Assembly (NCBI RefSeq): GCF_009914755.1
Contig: NC_060944.1
DNA from: the human T2T-CHM13v2.0 reference genome, Homo sapiens
DNA length: 64,000 nt
Direction: 5' to 3' (one strand)
Below, piece after piece: positions 26,521-41,015 of this stretch. Each line of letters begins with the position of its first letter. Position 1 is the first letter of the stretch. The position numbers were made by a program, and so were the translations under genes. The notes below the pieces were generated by a model. It was not told the DNA's origin and searched no databases. It saw only the letters and a program-made list of their open reading frames with translations.

Positions 26521-29500
26521 AAAGAACTACAAGTTACATTGGAGAGGAAGGGAGGAGAGCAACATGAGGGTAGAAGTGGTTACCTAAATAAGCCATTTAA
26601 ATTTACACATAATCTCCAACCTATACTTTTCTTTATAACATGTACTTTTCTGTTACTTCTTAGCAGTTGTCTCCTTCCCCTATTATTCCTGGACGTTTAC
26701 AGAAGTATATTTTCACACACTTCTCTGAACCTTCCCTTTTACCCAAAGTATGGTGGGGGTGAGGGTGTGACTGATAATTTCCTTATTGCACATAGATTTT
26801 GTGAGAGATGATATAGATGGGGAGAATCACGTAAAGTAAGGATATCTTTAAATTCTAGGTATTGGTTTACTAATAATAGTATCAACCCATCATCTTTTTT
26901 GGAATGAGTCAGCATATAAATAAAATAATGAATGGTAAAGAGAAAAAACAAAGAGAATTATAAATTCAAAAGGTATATCCTGGTGGGTATTTTTGAGTTG
27001 AGATTAGGAATTGATTAGTATCAGAATAGTAACATGTAAGTATAATCACAGAGGTTTGTAGTGGTATTCTGGACCACTTGAAAGGCCCATCCTTTTTGTG
27101 AGGAGATGGATATGATCCTTGGTTTCAATATGCCACATCTACTATAAACTTCTGAACCCTCCACCATCATTCAGGATGCATCTCTCATGGTTGAAGAAGT
27201 GGTGGAGGATGGCATGGGAAAGAGTGCCTGAGGATCCTTGCCTGGAACAAGTTATGGAAAGAAAGTCTTACAGGTATTCTTCTTACATATTTTACTTGAT
27301 TGCTATGTTTTTATGGGACAAAATAGTTCTCTTTCTTGGAAGAGTGGGTTGGGAGGGGGAGAGAAGAGGAAGATGGGTGTGTTGGGGTAGAGCAGTGGCC
27401 TTCTTTTCCAAGGGTGGTAGAGAAATTAGGAAAGAATATTAGTGTCTTTCTGTCTTTTTTCTTTTTCTGTTCCCGTACAACTTTTCTGTCATCTTCATAA
27501 CTAAGTTGTATCAGAGTTTTCGAATTGCAGACTCATTTACATGATAATATGATTCATCAGGAACATTTAGGTACACAGCATGCTGACATAATAGTATTAG
27601 CTATCAATAACTCTTAGAAACCAATGGGAAATGTTTAGATCTGTGAATTGTACTAAATTTTAAATATTTTGAATATTTTTAATACAAATCTTATTTGTAA
27701 CTAACTTGTTGATGATCTCTTCTTTGGTTATGTTAATTGGCTATTTAACCATTTCACACTCTGATTTATTTCTCAGGCATGAAGATGTTAACAATGCTGT
27801 GCGTTTTAATTAAGTAGTTAATTAACTGGAGCTCCCTAAGTCTTAAGTTCCTGATTTTTCTCTAGAATACCAGAAACTTAAGTGCCAAGAGCTCAGAGAA
27901 TGGCTTCCAGGACAGCTCTAGCCTCACTGCAGCTTAAAAAATTGCAAACAGATTTTTTTTTTTGCAAACCATATGTCAGGGAATTTCTCAGAGGTTTTCT
28001 AAGAAATTCTTTTATTTGAAGTTTTAGAAACACTATCTTCAGTTGTATTGCTGATAATTCATAATTCTGTTGTCCTTTTTAAATGATAATATAAAAAGTA
28101 TGCATTAGTATGTGGGGAAGTTGTTTTTGAAAACTTACAGCAGTTGGAACTTACTCCTGTAACAACTCTGTTAAGTGGAAGTAAACAAAGATAAGTGAGC
28201 ATAAAATTGGTCAAGGTAAAGTAAGTGAAATGAAATCATATAATAGTAGAGTTTTTTTTTTTCTTTTCTGTTTCAGTGAAAATAAGTAATGTTGCTCTTA
28301 AGAGAGAATTTTGTATTATTTTCTCCTCTTCTTTTTTTTTTTTTTTCTAGCTTGGGCTCTAGGAAAAGAGCCTTTTATCCCACCTTGTCTTCCAGTCCAT
28401 TTTGAATCAAGAAAGACTCATTGAAGACTCCTTTGAGAAAAGTCTGTTTTGAAGAAGGAAAAAGAAATACTGTTTGAGAGAAGGCAAACAGACAAAAAGG
28501 GTGATAGAAATATGTATTTTTGTTGTATATGTAACTCTAAGAGACCTTCCTAGAGTGAATGAAGGTAGAAAACTGAAAAGGGAGTAAATTAAGGAATGAT
28601 TGAATTTTGTGGGTCTTGATGGAAAAACGCTGGTCTTCTTTTAATGTGGAAAAACAGCTAGTGCTTCAGTCCTAGGAATTATGTCTCTGCTGTGGGCAGT
28701 TGTCATAAACTCTTCTCACAATCCGAGCTGCTCTTTGTCCTCTGTGAATGAAGGTACTTTTGCTTCCATTTCATCCAAGGATGAATGAAAATGTATAGCA
28801 TCTGCCCAAACCTAAAAAGTACAGTGTGTTTATCACGAGAGCTTTGTAAGGTACTTCACTTCCACTTTAAAATTCTTTAGTGCTCAAAACCAACTATTGT
28901 GGGTTTTTGTCAATAAATACTAATTTTTCAAGATGAAGTATGGTGATTTCTATTCATATTGTGGTCAATTTTCTCAATTTTGTTTCCCATAGATAGCATG
29001 ATGGAACTTAAATTTTATTTTTTACACTTAAATAACTGTGCTTTTTGTGATGCGTAATCATGATTTTCTCTTTTCCTTGAGATTTTAACAGACCTTATAT
29101 TAGTGCATATGTCAAAATAAAAATTTTTAAATAGTAAATATGTTGTAATATTAAGGATATTGATTTTTTTCTATTAAATGTTGAGCTTGGTGTTGGTATA
29201 AACCCTGATCCTAAACGGTAAATTAATACTTGGAAATTAAGAGTGTAACTATGTTATATAGAAACCATCTTGCGAATTGGTTTGTGTGGGTGGTTTTTAA
29301 ATTTAGTTTTTAATTTTTTTAGTATGTAATCGTACTCTTTCAGGATTATCTAAAGCACTTATTGTAATTGGTTGTTTACTTTTCTGCCTCCCCCACCACA
29401 TTGAGTGGGGAAATAAAACCAAATGAGTATTTGGAATCTAGTATGATCCACCCAATAGTGAAAGCTACCAGGATGGGAATGATTCCTGGAGAATACTGGG

Positions 29501-30572
29501 GAAACTTGTAGAGTGTATGACAATTTAGCAAGATGTATAAGGATGAGGAGGAATTCCAAAAGCAGGTGGATGGGGGAGCTCCAAGAGGGGAGTTTCCAGC
29601 TGAGTGCAAGTTGTAGACCATTTACTGTAGCAACATCTTAGAGTAGAAGGCTGGATGGTAGAAGAGGAGCTGCAGAGATAAGCAGAGGTAGCTAGCACAC
29701 AGTTATGAGAAGTTGGCTGGAGAATGAGATTTGGCAAGTGCTCCATGTAATGAAGATTTGTTTAAAGAAAAGATGTGATAGAAAAGGGCTGAGTTTTAAA
29801 CTCCCCAAGTTTAAGAAGGTTTGAAGTTTTTAAACTTTAAAAGTGGCCAGGGAGGGAGCCAATAGAGTAAAAGTATAATGGTGAGGGTTATGCTGGATGC
29901 AAGAAATTAGTGTTTCACTAAAGAAGAATGTTCAGTTGTGTCAGATGTCACAGAGAGGTGTAGAAACATAAAAAGTGCAAGGAATCCTTCAGATTTGGTA
30001 AAGAATTGCCACTGGTAAATTTGTCCAGAACAATTTCAATGGGGCCAGAAAACTCTGGATTGTGAAGTACTCAGAGATGAGAACATGCAGGCAGTGATTT
30101 TATTTTAGAAGAATTATTTATCTGTCTTTGCCTTTCATTTAAAGGCACTTTCTCAAAGTTCAGGTTCCTGACTCTATGATATAATTATTTATAGACTGCC
30201 TTTCTGAAAATAGTTCTATATGGGTTAATTTTGTTAATATTAGTATGTTGACAAAAGAAAACATAAAGGTCGATATGATTATTTTCAAACTGAGAAGCTG
30301 CTGTACCAAAGCTAGTTTATAAAATTAGATTTTGTATTTATGGACTTACTCATCTACTATGTTACAGTAGTCTTTGTTTTGTGAAACTCCAAGGAAATAT
30401 TTTCTACACATTTCAGGTTAAGAAAGAAAAACATGCGTTTATTTTGTCTTAAACATGAAATAATGTTTTAAGCATTCTAAAAAGTACTTACAAATGGATT
30501 AAACACATTGGCGTTCTTTATAGTTTTACTCTGGTTCTTTTTTTTGTGACTTGTTATTCATAGTCTTTGCAA

Positions 30573-30591
30573 TGCCGCCCTCTAGTGATCG
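30573..30591 (-). promoter_or_regulatory. Candidate CTCF site
   Basis: Minus strand reads cgatCACTAGAGGGCGGCA, close to the core consensus CCAC(C/T)AG(A/G)GGGC(A/G). Confidence 0.6.
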
Positions 30592-30779
30592 ATTTCCAAA
30601 AATGCATTAATTAACTTGTAAGCCTGTTACAGTCTTTCTCTTTTGACTCTACTGATCCTTTGCCACAGCCTTTGTTTGGTGTTCTCTTTTATTGCTCTTC
30701 CATTAGTTATTCTTATTCTCCTTTAATGGCATTAGGGAAAGATCAGAAGTTTCAGGAGCAAAAAAAAAAAAAAAAAATA

Positions 30780-31205
30780 CATATATATACACATTTGACT
30801 ATGAATCCTTAAAACTTGTCCATTTACCAGTCTGGGCATAGGGCAAGTTACCTGTCCAGAGTTCTTACTGGGAATGAATGAGAATGTCTTTTTGTGGCAC
30901 CTGACACAGACAGCAAAGAGCAGGCATTCAACATATACCAGCTGTCTCTTCCACCCTCTTCTCCCCAACATTGCTGAGAGTAGGGATCAGTACTGTTTTT
31001 TTTTTTTTAAACCTGTCCCTTCTCCTCTTATATAACATCTCAATTTGTTGTAATTACCTGTTTACTTGTTTGTGTTCTATAACTTCTAGAGGTCAGGTAT
31101 CATGTTTGGCTTGTACATATTTGTATCTGGTATTTAGCAGAGGCCAGTACACACAGGGTCCTCATTGGATATATATTTGTTGAATGAGTAAATGAATTAA
31201 TGGAT
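30780..31205 (+). mobile_element. MIR fragment followed by an L2 3' end
   Basis: gggcaagttacc; atatttgttgaatgagtaaatgaatt. Confidence 0.6.
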
Positions 31206-32289
31206 GCCAGTTTTTAATAAGAACCCCAGACTGTGTTACCGACATTTCTGTTGATTGATTGATTATGCAGATTGTAAATGGGTAATATATGATATAATTA
31301 GATTTTACCCATGACCTTTCATAGAGGTATTTATTTCATGACTTTTTCAGTTTATTCTATAGTTATTGGTCTTCTCAGGTTTTGGATAATATGATAATTT
31401 GTGTTTTCCTTAAGAATTGTCTGTTTTGTTCAGTTTAAAAAAATTATTAGCAAACACTTATGTATAGAATTTTCTTATGATATTTGACTTCCATATGTGA
31501 CAAAACCCCCTTTATCATTACATTTATGTTATGTCTTGTGTTGTCTGTTTTTAGATTGTAATTAGATTGGAGGTATATATGTATTTTATTGTTTTTTTAA
31601 AGCAATGGCCCTTTGAATTTTATTCTTCTGCTTGCTAACTGAAAAAATAATTTTACCTGTTTTTTTTGTCTTCCAGGTTTTTCTAACAACTTAGTACTTC
31701 CATTTTTCTTTTTGTGCAAAAGCTTTTATTACTCTAAATTTGCTTCTAAATTACAGATTTGAGTAAATGCCATATAATAGAAGATGCTGTTTTTGTTATT
31801 TTCTAGATTTTCAATAAAATGTAGCTGCAATTTCCTCATTGATCTAAAAGTTACTTAAGAGGGTATTTAAAAATGATGAAATGTATGTGTTTACAATTGT
31901 TATTTTCCATTTTTAGTATAATATAATCAGAGAATAAGGAATGTACAGTTTCTGGTTTTTGAGAATTAAAATCTTTTTTGGTGATACATATAAGATCAGT
32001 ATTTAAAATGTGCCCCAAGCACTGACAAAGAAGGTGAGTCCTCTGAAGGGTATACAGTTTTATATATTTATTCAGATCTCTTTTTTTTTTTATGTGCTTC
32101 AGCTATCATGTATTTATGATAATTTTATTAAAGTTTTGTATTACTGTTGTGTGTTTGTCATTTTTCTCATTGTTTTTTAACGTTTTATTGCTACATTATT
32201 TGATTCTTAGAAGTTTGTGATTGATATCTTCATAATATATTTTATTCTTCATCAATTAAAAATATTCAATCTTTTCATTAAACATTGCT

Positions 32290-33472
32290 TATCATGTGGA
32301 TATCCAAATGGGAAAAACAATGAAACTTGATCCCTGCTTCCCACCATGCACATTTGATTGAAGATCTAAATGTGAAAAGTAAAATAAGCCCCTAGAGGAC
32401 AGTATAAGAGAATATCTTACATCTTTCTATCAGACTGAAAGTATCAGTACTTTATAATCTTGAAGTAGGAAAATGTTTCTTAAACAGGACACACAACTCA
32501 CAGGTATAAAAGGGAAGATTGATAACCTGGACTGTTGACAGTTCAAGAATTTCTGTCATCAAAAGTTACTGATAAGAGAAAAACAAAACAGTAACAGCAG
32601 ATACTTGTAATATATATATCTGACAGATGGCTTATATCCATACTATGTAAACTCCTACATCAGTATAAAGGACAGACAACCCAATAGAATAAATGGGAAA
32701 GAGATTTGAGCAGTCAGTTCAAACTGTAAAGACATAATATTAACACTCAGCAGAATGGCTAAAATTAGAAAGATCGACAGTACCAAGTATTAGCAGAAAG
32801 TGGAGAGCGATGCACCTCTCTTTTTGCTGCTGGTGGGAAAATATAAATTGTAAAAATCACTTCTGAAAACTAGCAACACCTGCTAAAGCTGTGGGTATGT
32901 GTATACATACATATATCCAGCAACTTCGATAGGAATTCATGCAGATACCCACTAAAAGGCAAGCACAGTAACATTCAAAGTAGCATTATTTGTATTAGCC
33001 GAAACCTGGAAACAAAAATGGCCATCAGCAGTAAAATGGGTAAACAGATTATGGTAGATTTAATTCAGTGCTGTATAGTAATGCGTACAGCAATAAAAAT
33101 GCATGAATTGCGGCCCCGTGCAACAACAAAGATAAATTACATGAACCGATGTTGATCAAAATAAACTAGACACAAATACTTACCGTGTATGATTCCCTAT
33201 ATAAAATTCAAAAGCAGGCAAAACTAGGAATTTAAAAACTATAAAATACAAAAGCAGGCAAAACTGGTTATTAGACCTCAGGTTAGTGGCTACTTTTATG
33301 GATGAGGAAGGGATAGGGATTGGGAAGTGGTATTGGGCTTCTAGGTATTAGTAGTGTTCCTTTTCTTGACTTGGGTGGTGGTTACATGGGTATACTGACC
33401 TTGAGATAATTCAGTGAGTTGTAAAATTTATGATTTGTGAGTTTTTCTGCATATATGTATGCTTCAATAAAA
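32290..33472 (+). mobile_element. Ancient L1M (L1MD/ME-like) 3' segment
   Basis: agaatggctaaaatt, gacagtaccaagtatt, aaagcaggcaaaact and a terminal cttcaataaaa. Confidence 0.75.
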
Positions 33473-33849
33473 CTCAAATTACGGTAAGCAAAAAATACTG
33501 CTTTAGTGTGAGGATATTATTATTAAATAATATTAAAATAACTAGAAATTCAGTGAAACTTAATCACGATTGTATTACCTATTGAAAATGTCAGTGAATA
33601 ATACCCTCTGCTAATTGTTTGCCTATATGTTCTCACATTCAGTCCTACCTCTTCTCTGTCCTCTGTATGGCAGGGTACATTTAGAAAAATACAAAAAAAA
33701 AATGAAACTTTTTTCTCTTATATTTTGGTTTTGTTTTTATTTTCATTTGTTGATTATATCTTTGCCCTCTTTTTTTAAAAAATTTTTCCTTATGGAGTTT
33801 TTTCCTATATTGAGAGTCTTTGACTCCTTTTTTCTTTGACTTTTACTAG

Positions 33850-34191
<342 letters not shown>

Positions 34192-34564
34192 TGTTTTATT
34201 CATTTTCATTCATATTTTAACTGCTGGCTTATTCATTTAGTTTCTCATGCTTCATTGCTGTTATGCAAACTGTTTTCTTTCTACGTGTGTAGAGGGTTAA
34301 CTTTAATTCTCCTGAAAACTATTTCTATGTTTTTCAAATATTTGAGCCTATATTTTTTGAATTAACACTATTAAAGATACATTAATTTCCCCAGTTTAAG
34401 GTGAAACAATTTAACTTCTCCCATTCTTTTTCCTCTCACCTCTGTCTTTTTAATGATGTAGTTCGTGATTCAGATTAAACTTTATTTTCAATTTTTTATT
34501 TTTGCATTTTGTTTAATCTCGAGTTAATTTCAGACATATGCTTTTTTGTAAACATATTTACAAT

Positions 34565-35370
34565 CATTATTCACTCAAAAATTTATTGAGCACCTACTAA
34601 GCACCAGACACTGTCCTAGGCAAATAAGAATATAAGTGAAAAAGACAAGACCCCTGATCTCATCAACTTGTTGATGGTCAAAAATAGGTAAATAAGATGC
34701 TTTAAATTTTGAAGGGTAGTATGATGGGAATAAGTAGGGTGAAGTGATACAGAATGAATGACTGCAGTTCGGATTAAGGCTATGTTAGGTTGGTCAGAGA
34801 AGTCCTTTTTGAAGCAGCAATATATAAGCTGAGACTTGAATAAGATGGGACATGAAGCTGGGTGGAGTGGTTCAGGGAGAGGGGTTAGCCAATGCCCTGA
34901 TGAGGTTTCATTTTTTGGAAGAACATTTATTCAATATTACTGATTGAATTTTGTCAGGCATTTGAGATAGTCATGAACGAAACAGGATTTTTGCTTTCAA
35001 AGTATTTACATTTTACGCAGAACAGATAAATAGATGAGCAAATAATTTCAGAATGTGATAAGTGCTATAAAGAAGATAAAATGCTAGAATGAGGAGAAGG
35101 GACCACTTTAGGTAGGATAATGAGGGATGCTTTTCTGAGGAGGTGACATTTGAATTAGTAACTTGGAAGTCAGTAATAGACCCAGACATGTGTAAATCTA
35201 GGGAACAGCATTTAGGGTAGCGTTTTAGTTGGGTTGGAACAAAGAGGGTGAAGATGGGTTGAATCTTTTCGACCCTTACGTGCTTATGATAAGCTTAGAA
35301 CTTACTCTAAATATGGTGGAAAACTATAGGTTATGACTACAGATTCAATTACTATAGCAAAAGATCTTTA
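34565..35370 (-). mobile_element. L2 fragments
   Basis: atttattgagcacctactaagcaccagacactgtcctagg; ctgaggaggtgacatttga. Confidence 0.7.
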
Positions 35371-37504
35371 ACTATAGAGCACCAAACAAAATTGAAGTTA
35401 CTTTCATATAACTCAGTCCAAAGCTGGTAGCTGGCTATTTTCCTTCCACAAGGTTGTCTAAAGACTCTGGTTCCCTCTATCTTAGTCTTTAACCCTCTGA
35501 TAAGCAGTTACGTGTGTCTATGTGGTCCAAGCCACTTCGCCATTTACAGATCCATGTTTCTAACTTGGGAAAGGGGATGAAAGGCTAGCAACTTAAGGAG
35601 GAAGGGACAGAAATTTTTGCATGTAGGAGTGGAAAACATTACCAGACCTTTTAGCTTTGAGGAACATGTTAATTTTTTTTTAAGGCTTCCATTAAGAATG
35701 TTGATATTCATAGGGGACACCTAGGTTTCAGTGAAATCAAGAAAGTCAAGGAAACATTGAGAGAATAGGCTGAGGAGATAGATGACATTTCTGATCTCAG
35801 AGAAGTAGTTCCAGAAGGCATGCACAGTGAAATCATTTGAGACCTGGGATGGAGGATGGGGGAGATTCGTAATCTTCTTTGTGCTCAGAAAGAGAATCTG
35901 AATATTTTTGTTAACAGTTTCAGTGCCAGTCCACTTATGCTATTATGTTATTTCTCTTGGGTTATTGTGACTTATTTATAGATTGGCTTTGTAGTTTCTT
36001 TTAACAGTATTTCAGATGTGCATAGGACTGGTAAAAAATGTTGAGCTTTTCTGTATTTTGGCCAGCTGTGAATTCATTGAGTATAGTCTTTGTCCCTGAA
36101 ACTTCAATAGCCTTTGTTTAATTGATTCTAATATTTGAATTAGTTGACAGATTTTAAAATATTCAAGCTTTATGTCCTTAGGTACCTCGTGTCTTAATAA
36201 TATAGCCATGAAAATATTAACATTTGTAATCCTTATACACTAAACAAAAAAGGGGGGAGTGTGTATATAATAAAGCATGTTACCTTAAAGCTATCACACT
36301 GATTGTTTTACTAATCATTTGTATATGTATATACACCATAGAAGTATAAACAACATGCACTCTCACACTGAAAAGCATTGCTAAATATGATGGTTTCTCC
36401 TTTGAAATGTACTTTGAGATATTTTTGCATGTAGGTACACTATTGATTACATCTTCTATTAATAGACTATTCCACTGAAATAAGTTGGATGCTGGAAAAT
36501 TCTGTTTAAATTTGATTAGATACTTGAGTTGAATGAATTTGTTTAAAGTTCTTTTTAAAATTGCATGAAAATATGTGAAAAAGTTTAAAAATAATCTACA
36601 GTATTTTGGCAGGATAACAAGAAATAAAATTTCTTTTTAAAAAATGTGAGTTTTGGTAAATGTTTCTCCTTCAGGACTGGTGCTTCTAATACAGGTTGGT
36701 GGTTGTGCATATATTTATGGTTTCACATATCAGTACTCAAAGTCTGATCATAATCATGTAAAAATCATTGAAGGAAAAGGTTGCGAGGGTGCTGGCCCAG
36801 AGTTTCAGGAAGGTGTGTACCTAAGTACTCTAGGACAGATGTGTATTTCCACTAAATATCTTAGAGGTGGTTATTTCATAATTTTCCTTAAATTCTGTGG
36901 ATTGATGACCTCAAAAATAATGATGTATAAGTATAGTTATGGAATTTAGCATTACCAGCATCTTAAGCATAGCTGTAGTTACATATCCTTCCATGTTTGT
37001 GACAACATGGAGAAGCTCGTGAAGACACACTGAGTCAGTAAGCTGATAGCTCTTACTTTCTGTGAATATGTGCATAGTTTATAAAAGTCTGTTGGGCTTC
37101 TGATATTAAAATTATGTTAGTGAACTTATATATAAAATAATTTGAGGAGTGGTCCTCCAACTTTAATGTGTTTAAGAATGATCTTACAACTTGCTAAATC
37201 CTGATATCTTGGCCCTTGTTCCAAGAGCTTTGCTTGGTTCTGTGGAACACACTTGAAACTATTTTAGAGATTAAAGAATAAAAAATAGAAGCTTTGAAGA
37301 ATAGTGATCTGTGAAGCAGGAAATTAAAATATCATGCCTAAGTCATTAACATTTCTGCATAGAAATTTGCATTAGTTTGATATAAGCCTTTCTATTATTG
37401 TTCACTAAAATATTTTAAGTGATTGACTTTGAAAGTGTCCTTTGTTTTAGCTTCTTTGTTCCATTCTTTCCTGACATGTTCCCTTCAGTCTTCTTTTACT
37501 TTCT

Positions 37505-38040
37505 TTAGTAAATGTTTGAGTGTTTACCATGTGTCAGTCATTGTGCTAGGAATCTTGAAGGACTCAAATACGCAAAACACATGGATCTAGCCTAGAAGTT
37601 CTCATTTCAGAGATTAAGCGTCATTTATAAAACAAGTGATAATTGTATAACATGTTGAATGACACAGTCATTCAGAGTAGTGAAAAATTCACAAAACAGC
37701 TTTGTAGTAGCTCCTAAAATATGAATAGGAGTTTCTCAAGGGGACAGAAGGGAAATGGCATTCCAGTTAGAACAATATTTGCAAAGACATGGAAGCATTA
37801 AAGAGACATTTGATGAGATCAAGGTGGTGGGTAAGTTGTAGAAAAGGAGGCTATAAAATAGGTTAGGGCCAGAGACTTTTATCTTTTAATTTATTTTACT
37901 GTTTAACTTATGCCAGGGGAGTTGCAGTGAATGTCACGGGGAGAAAAAAAGATATTTCAAAAGTAGAATTGGTAGGATTTAGAGACTAGTTGGATGTGAC
38001 TTAGAGTTTAAAGTTAGAGGAGTCAAGGGTGACTAATTGG
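37505..38040 (-). mobile_element. L2 fragment
   Basis: gagtgtttaccatgtgtcagtcattgtgctagg; aggagtcaagggtgact. Confidence 0.6.
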
Positions 38041-38721
38041 AATAATTAAGGAAAATACAGAATCTAATGAAATCTGACTTCTTTAATTTTCAATTATATT
38101 TGGATAAACAAGGACCTTTAAATCTGATAGCCTCTTTTCAGGGCTTATTCTTCCTGAAGTCATCTTAGCATGTGAACATTACCTCTTATAGTCTGAAGCC
38201 ACATTTGTTTGTTTTTCCCTCAGCCCTACTGGTGAAACTGTACGATCTTGCAGTCTGCTTCAAAAGCCTGTGTGTGACTCAGTCATTCTACTTTAGGAAT
38301 TGAAACCAAAGAAGTGATCAGAGATGTGTTCCAAGATACATATAAATAGGTCTTTATATTATAGTGTTTTTATGATTAAAAAATGGGACATGGCTTAAAT
38401 GGCTTTCAAAAAAGGAATTGATTTAATTTTTGTATATCTAAGGTACTGAATGGGTAAGTTAGGGAAAGGCTGGGCTATTGTAACAAAGAGATTTACTAAT
38501 GATTCCATGGTTTAATTTAAAAAGATGGAAATTTATTTCTTTATAGGGGAATGTTTCAGGTCAATTAGAAATTCTACTTCTGTGGTCATTCAGGGACATA
38601 GGCTCTATCCATCTTATTTCTCTACCACCTCGTGGGGCATTAATGATCTATGCTCAATTTTAGGCACATCCATATGCTGGCTTTATTGAAACTGTTCTTG
38701 CCATGGTTGCCAGCAATGACA

Positions 38722-39312
38722 CAGGTTGAGTATCTCTAATCTGAAAATTCAAACTCCAAAATATGAAACTTTTTGAGGGGTGATGTGACGCCACAAGTAA
38801 AAATTCTACACGTAAGTACTTAACATAAACTTTGTTTAGTGCACAACATTATTAAAAATACTGTATAAGATGTATATGAAACAAATGAATTTTGTGTTTA
38901 GACTTAGGTTGCATCCCCAAGATTATGTGTATGCAAATATTTCAAAATCTGAAAATTTTGAAATCCGAAACATTTCTGGTCCCAAGCTTTTTTTTGAGAC
39001 AGGGTCTCACTCTGCAGCCCAGGCTGGAGTGCAGTGGCATGATCTTGGCTCACTGCAGCCTTGACCTCCCAGGCTCAGGTGATCCTCCCACCTCAGCTAC
39101 CTGAGTAGCTGAAACTAAGTTGTGTACCACCACACCCGGCTAATTTTTGTATACTTTGTGGAGACAGGGTTTCACCATGTTGGTCAGGCTGGTCTCAAAC
39201 TCCTGGGCTCAAGTGATCTTCCCACCTCGGCCTCCCAAAGTCTTGGAATTATACGCAAGAGCCACTGAGCCTGTCCTGTCCGAAGCATTTTGAATAAGGG
39301 ATACTCAACCTG
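38722..39312. mobile_element. Tigger4/Zombi (MER46-type) DNA transposon split by an Alu
   Basis: TIRs caggttgagtatc ... gatactcaacctg|ta. Confidence 0.85.
38988..39276 (-). mobile_element. AluJ nested in Tigger4
   Basis: TSD gtcc(c/g)aagc. Confidence 0.9.
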
Positions 39313-39319
39313 TAATTAA

Positions 39320-39990
39320 TACATGAAATAGGCATTTCAGTGCTTCTGTTGTTTCACTGTGATATTTGAAACTGCTGGCCAACTTTCTCCTCCGTGGGCT
39401 TCTGCTGGTTTCTCTTCTGTCCCTCTAAGTATTTGTTCACTGTGTCTTTTTCATGTTCTTTTCCTTTGCCCTTCCTATAAAGGTTTTTGTTCTCCAGTTT
39501 TCTGTCTTTGGTCCGTTTTCATTTACATGTGTACCTATGTTGATCTCACCCAGGGCCACTACCACATGATGGTGTCTCCTAAATCTACATCTCTAGCCTG
39601 AAAACCTTTGTTTTGAGCATCAAGACCTGTACATGTAATGCCTCTCTACCTGAGTACTCTGCAGGAAATTAATATGTAACATATCCAGGACTGACTTAAT
39701 TATCTTCTTTCCCAAGCTGGCTCTCGCACCTGCATTACCTCTCATAGCCTCCTAGATCAGAAACCAGGAAGTCAACCTCAGCAATTTCTTGTCCTCCCTC
39801 TTCCAGTGAGACCTCAACACTTTATTAAATATGCCTCGAGTATTATTGCTGACATTTTCATTTTTCTATCTCCATTGCCACAGTCTTAGTTCAGGCGAAG
39901 ATTATTTTAAGAGCTTCCTCAGAGATCTGTGTTTCCATTTAGGCTCCCTTTCAATCCTACTTATTGGTTAAATGGGTCAGTGATTTTCTT
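39320..39990 (+). mobile_element. L2 fragment
   Basis: aaatctacatctctagcctg, cagaaaccaggaagtca and tccattgccacagtcttagttcaggc. Confidence 0.6.
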
Positions 39991-40814
39991 CTACTGGTAT
40001 TTGGTGGGCAGCAGCTGTAGTTTTAAATTGCATGATATCTGGCCCAGTGCTGAGTGCAGTTCAGCTGTTAATACGATACTAAATGAAGAACATTTGTGAA
40101 TAAAGACAAGATTAGTAATGAAGTAATTATTACCATAATATTCAAAGAAATCTGGAAGAAAATTAGAAACTACTTTCACATCGGTAGGGAAAAAGTACTA
40201 GAGCCAAAGAAAATGATTTTGGTATTTTACTGTTTAAGTTTACATACAATCTGAATCACGGAACCAAAGACATTTGTTGCAGAGATTAGCATTATTTAAG
40301 GAAATCAAGAACAAATAGTTCCTGAACTCAGTGTGTCAGTTCAACCTCTGCACCTTTGAATTTGGCTGGACTCCTGTGGGTCCTACCAAGGCTGCACGTA
40401 ACAGAAAGCTATAGACTTCCATTCCTGTTCTGGCCAGTTAACTTAAATTCTTTGTGTGTGGACATCTGACACACCTGTTTGATTCTCCCTCTTGGTGTTA
40501 GGACTCCTCGCATCTGATCTGTGGTGATCCTTCACAGTCTCTCTCGCAATTTCTTTGACTGTTGTATAACTCTGCAGTCCTTAACTATATTTGCTCACCT
40601 AATTTTTTAGTGCTTTCTGAGCTTCAAGTAAGAAGCTTTCTTCTTTATTTCATGCTTCTTGGTTGAGTCATCTCTGGCTTACCTGGCAGGAGAAAGGAGT
40701 ATTTGGGCATAATTAGTGTTTTTACAAAGTATGTATAGGGTATTGTGCTGGCTGGTATATATGGCAGAAAGAAGTGATTCTGCCTCAACTCAGATTAGTA
40801 ATAATTCTCCTCCT

Positions 40815-41015
40815 GCCAGTTGACGTTTATTGTGCTTTTACTATGTCTAGGGCACTTTCTCACATGCTTTACTATGTTTTAATCCATTTAATTCTCACAA
40901 CAATGCTGTGAGAGAGGTAATATCCCCATAAGTGGGGAAACTGAGGCCTAGAAGGGTTATATTTGACCAGTACCACAGAGCTAGTAAGCGACAGAGTTGA
41001 GATTCAAATCGGCAT
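40815..41015 (-). mobile_element. MIR
   Basis: ggggaaactgaggcctagaagggtt; gagattcaaatc. Confidence 0.75.

Noticed and set aside
27119-27442. 107-aa ORF in unique sequence
   Set aside because: Non-ATG start, no recognisable domain, and a low-complexity purine tail.
33201-33265. Short direct repeat ataaaat(t/a)caaaagcaggcaaaact
   Set aside because: Minor slippage duplicate within old L1 3' sequence; no sign of function.
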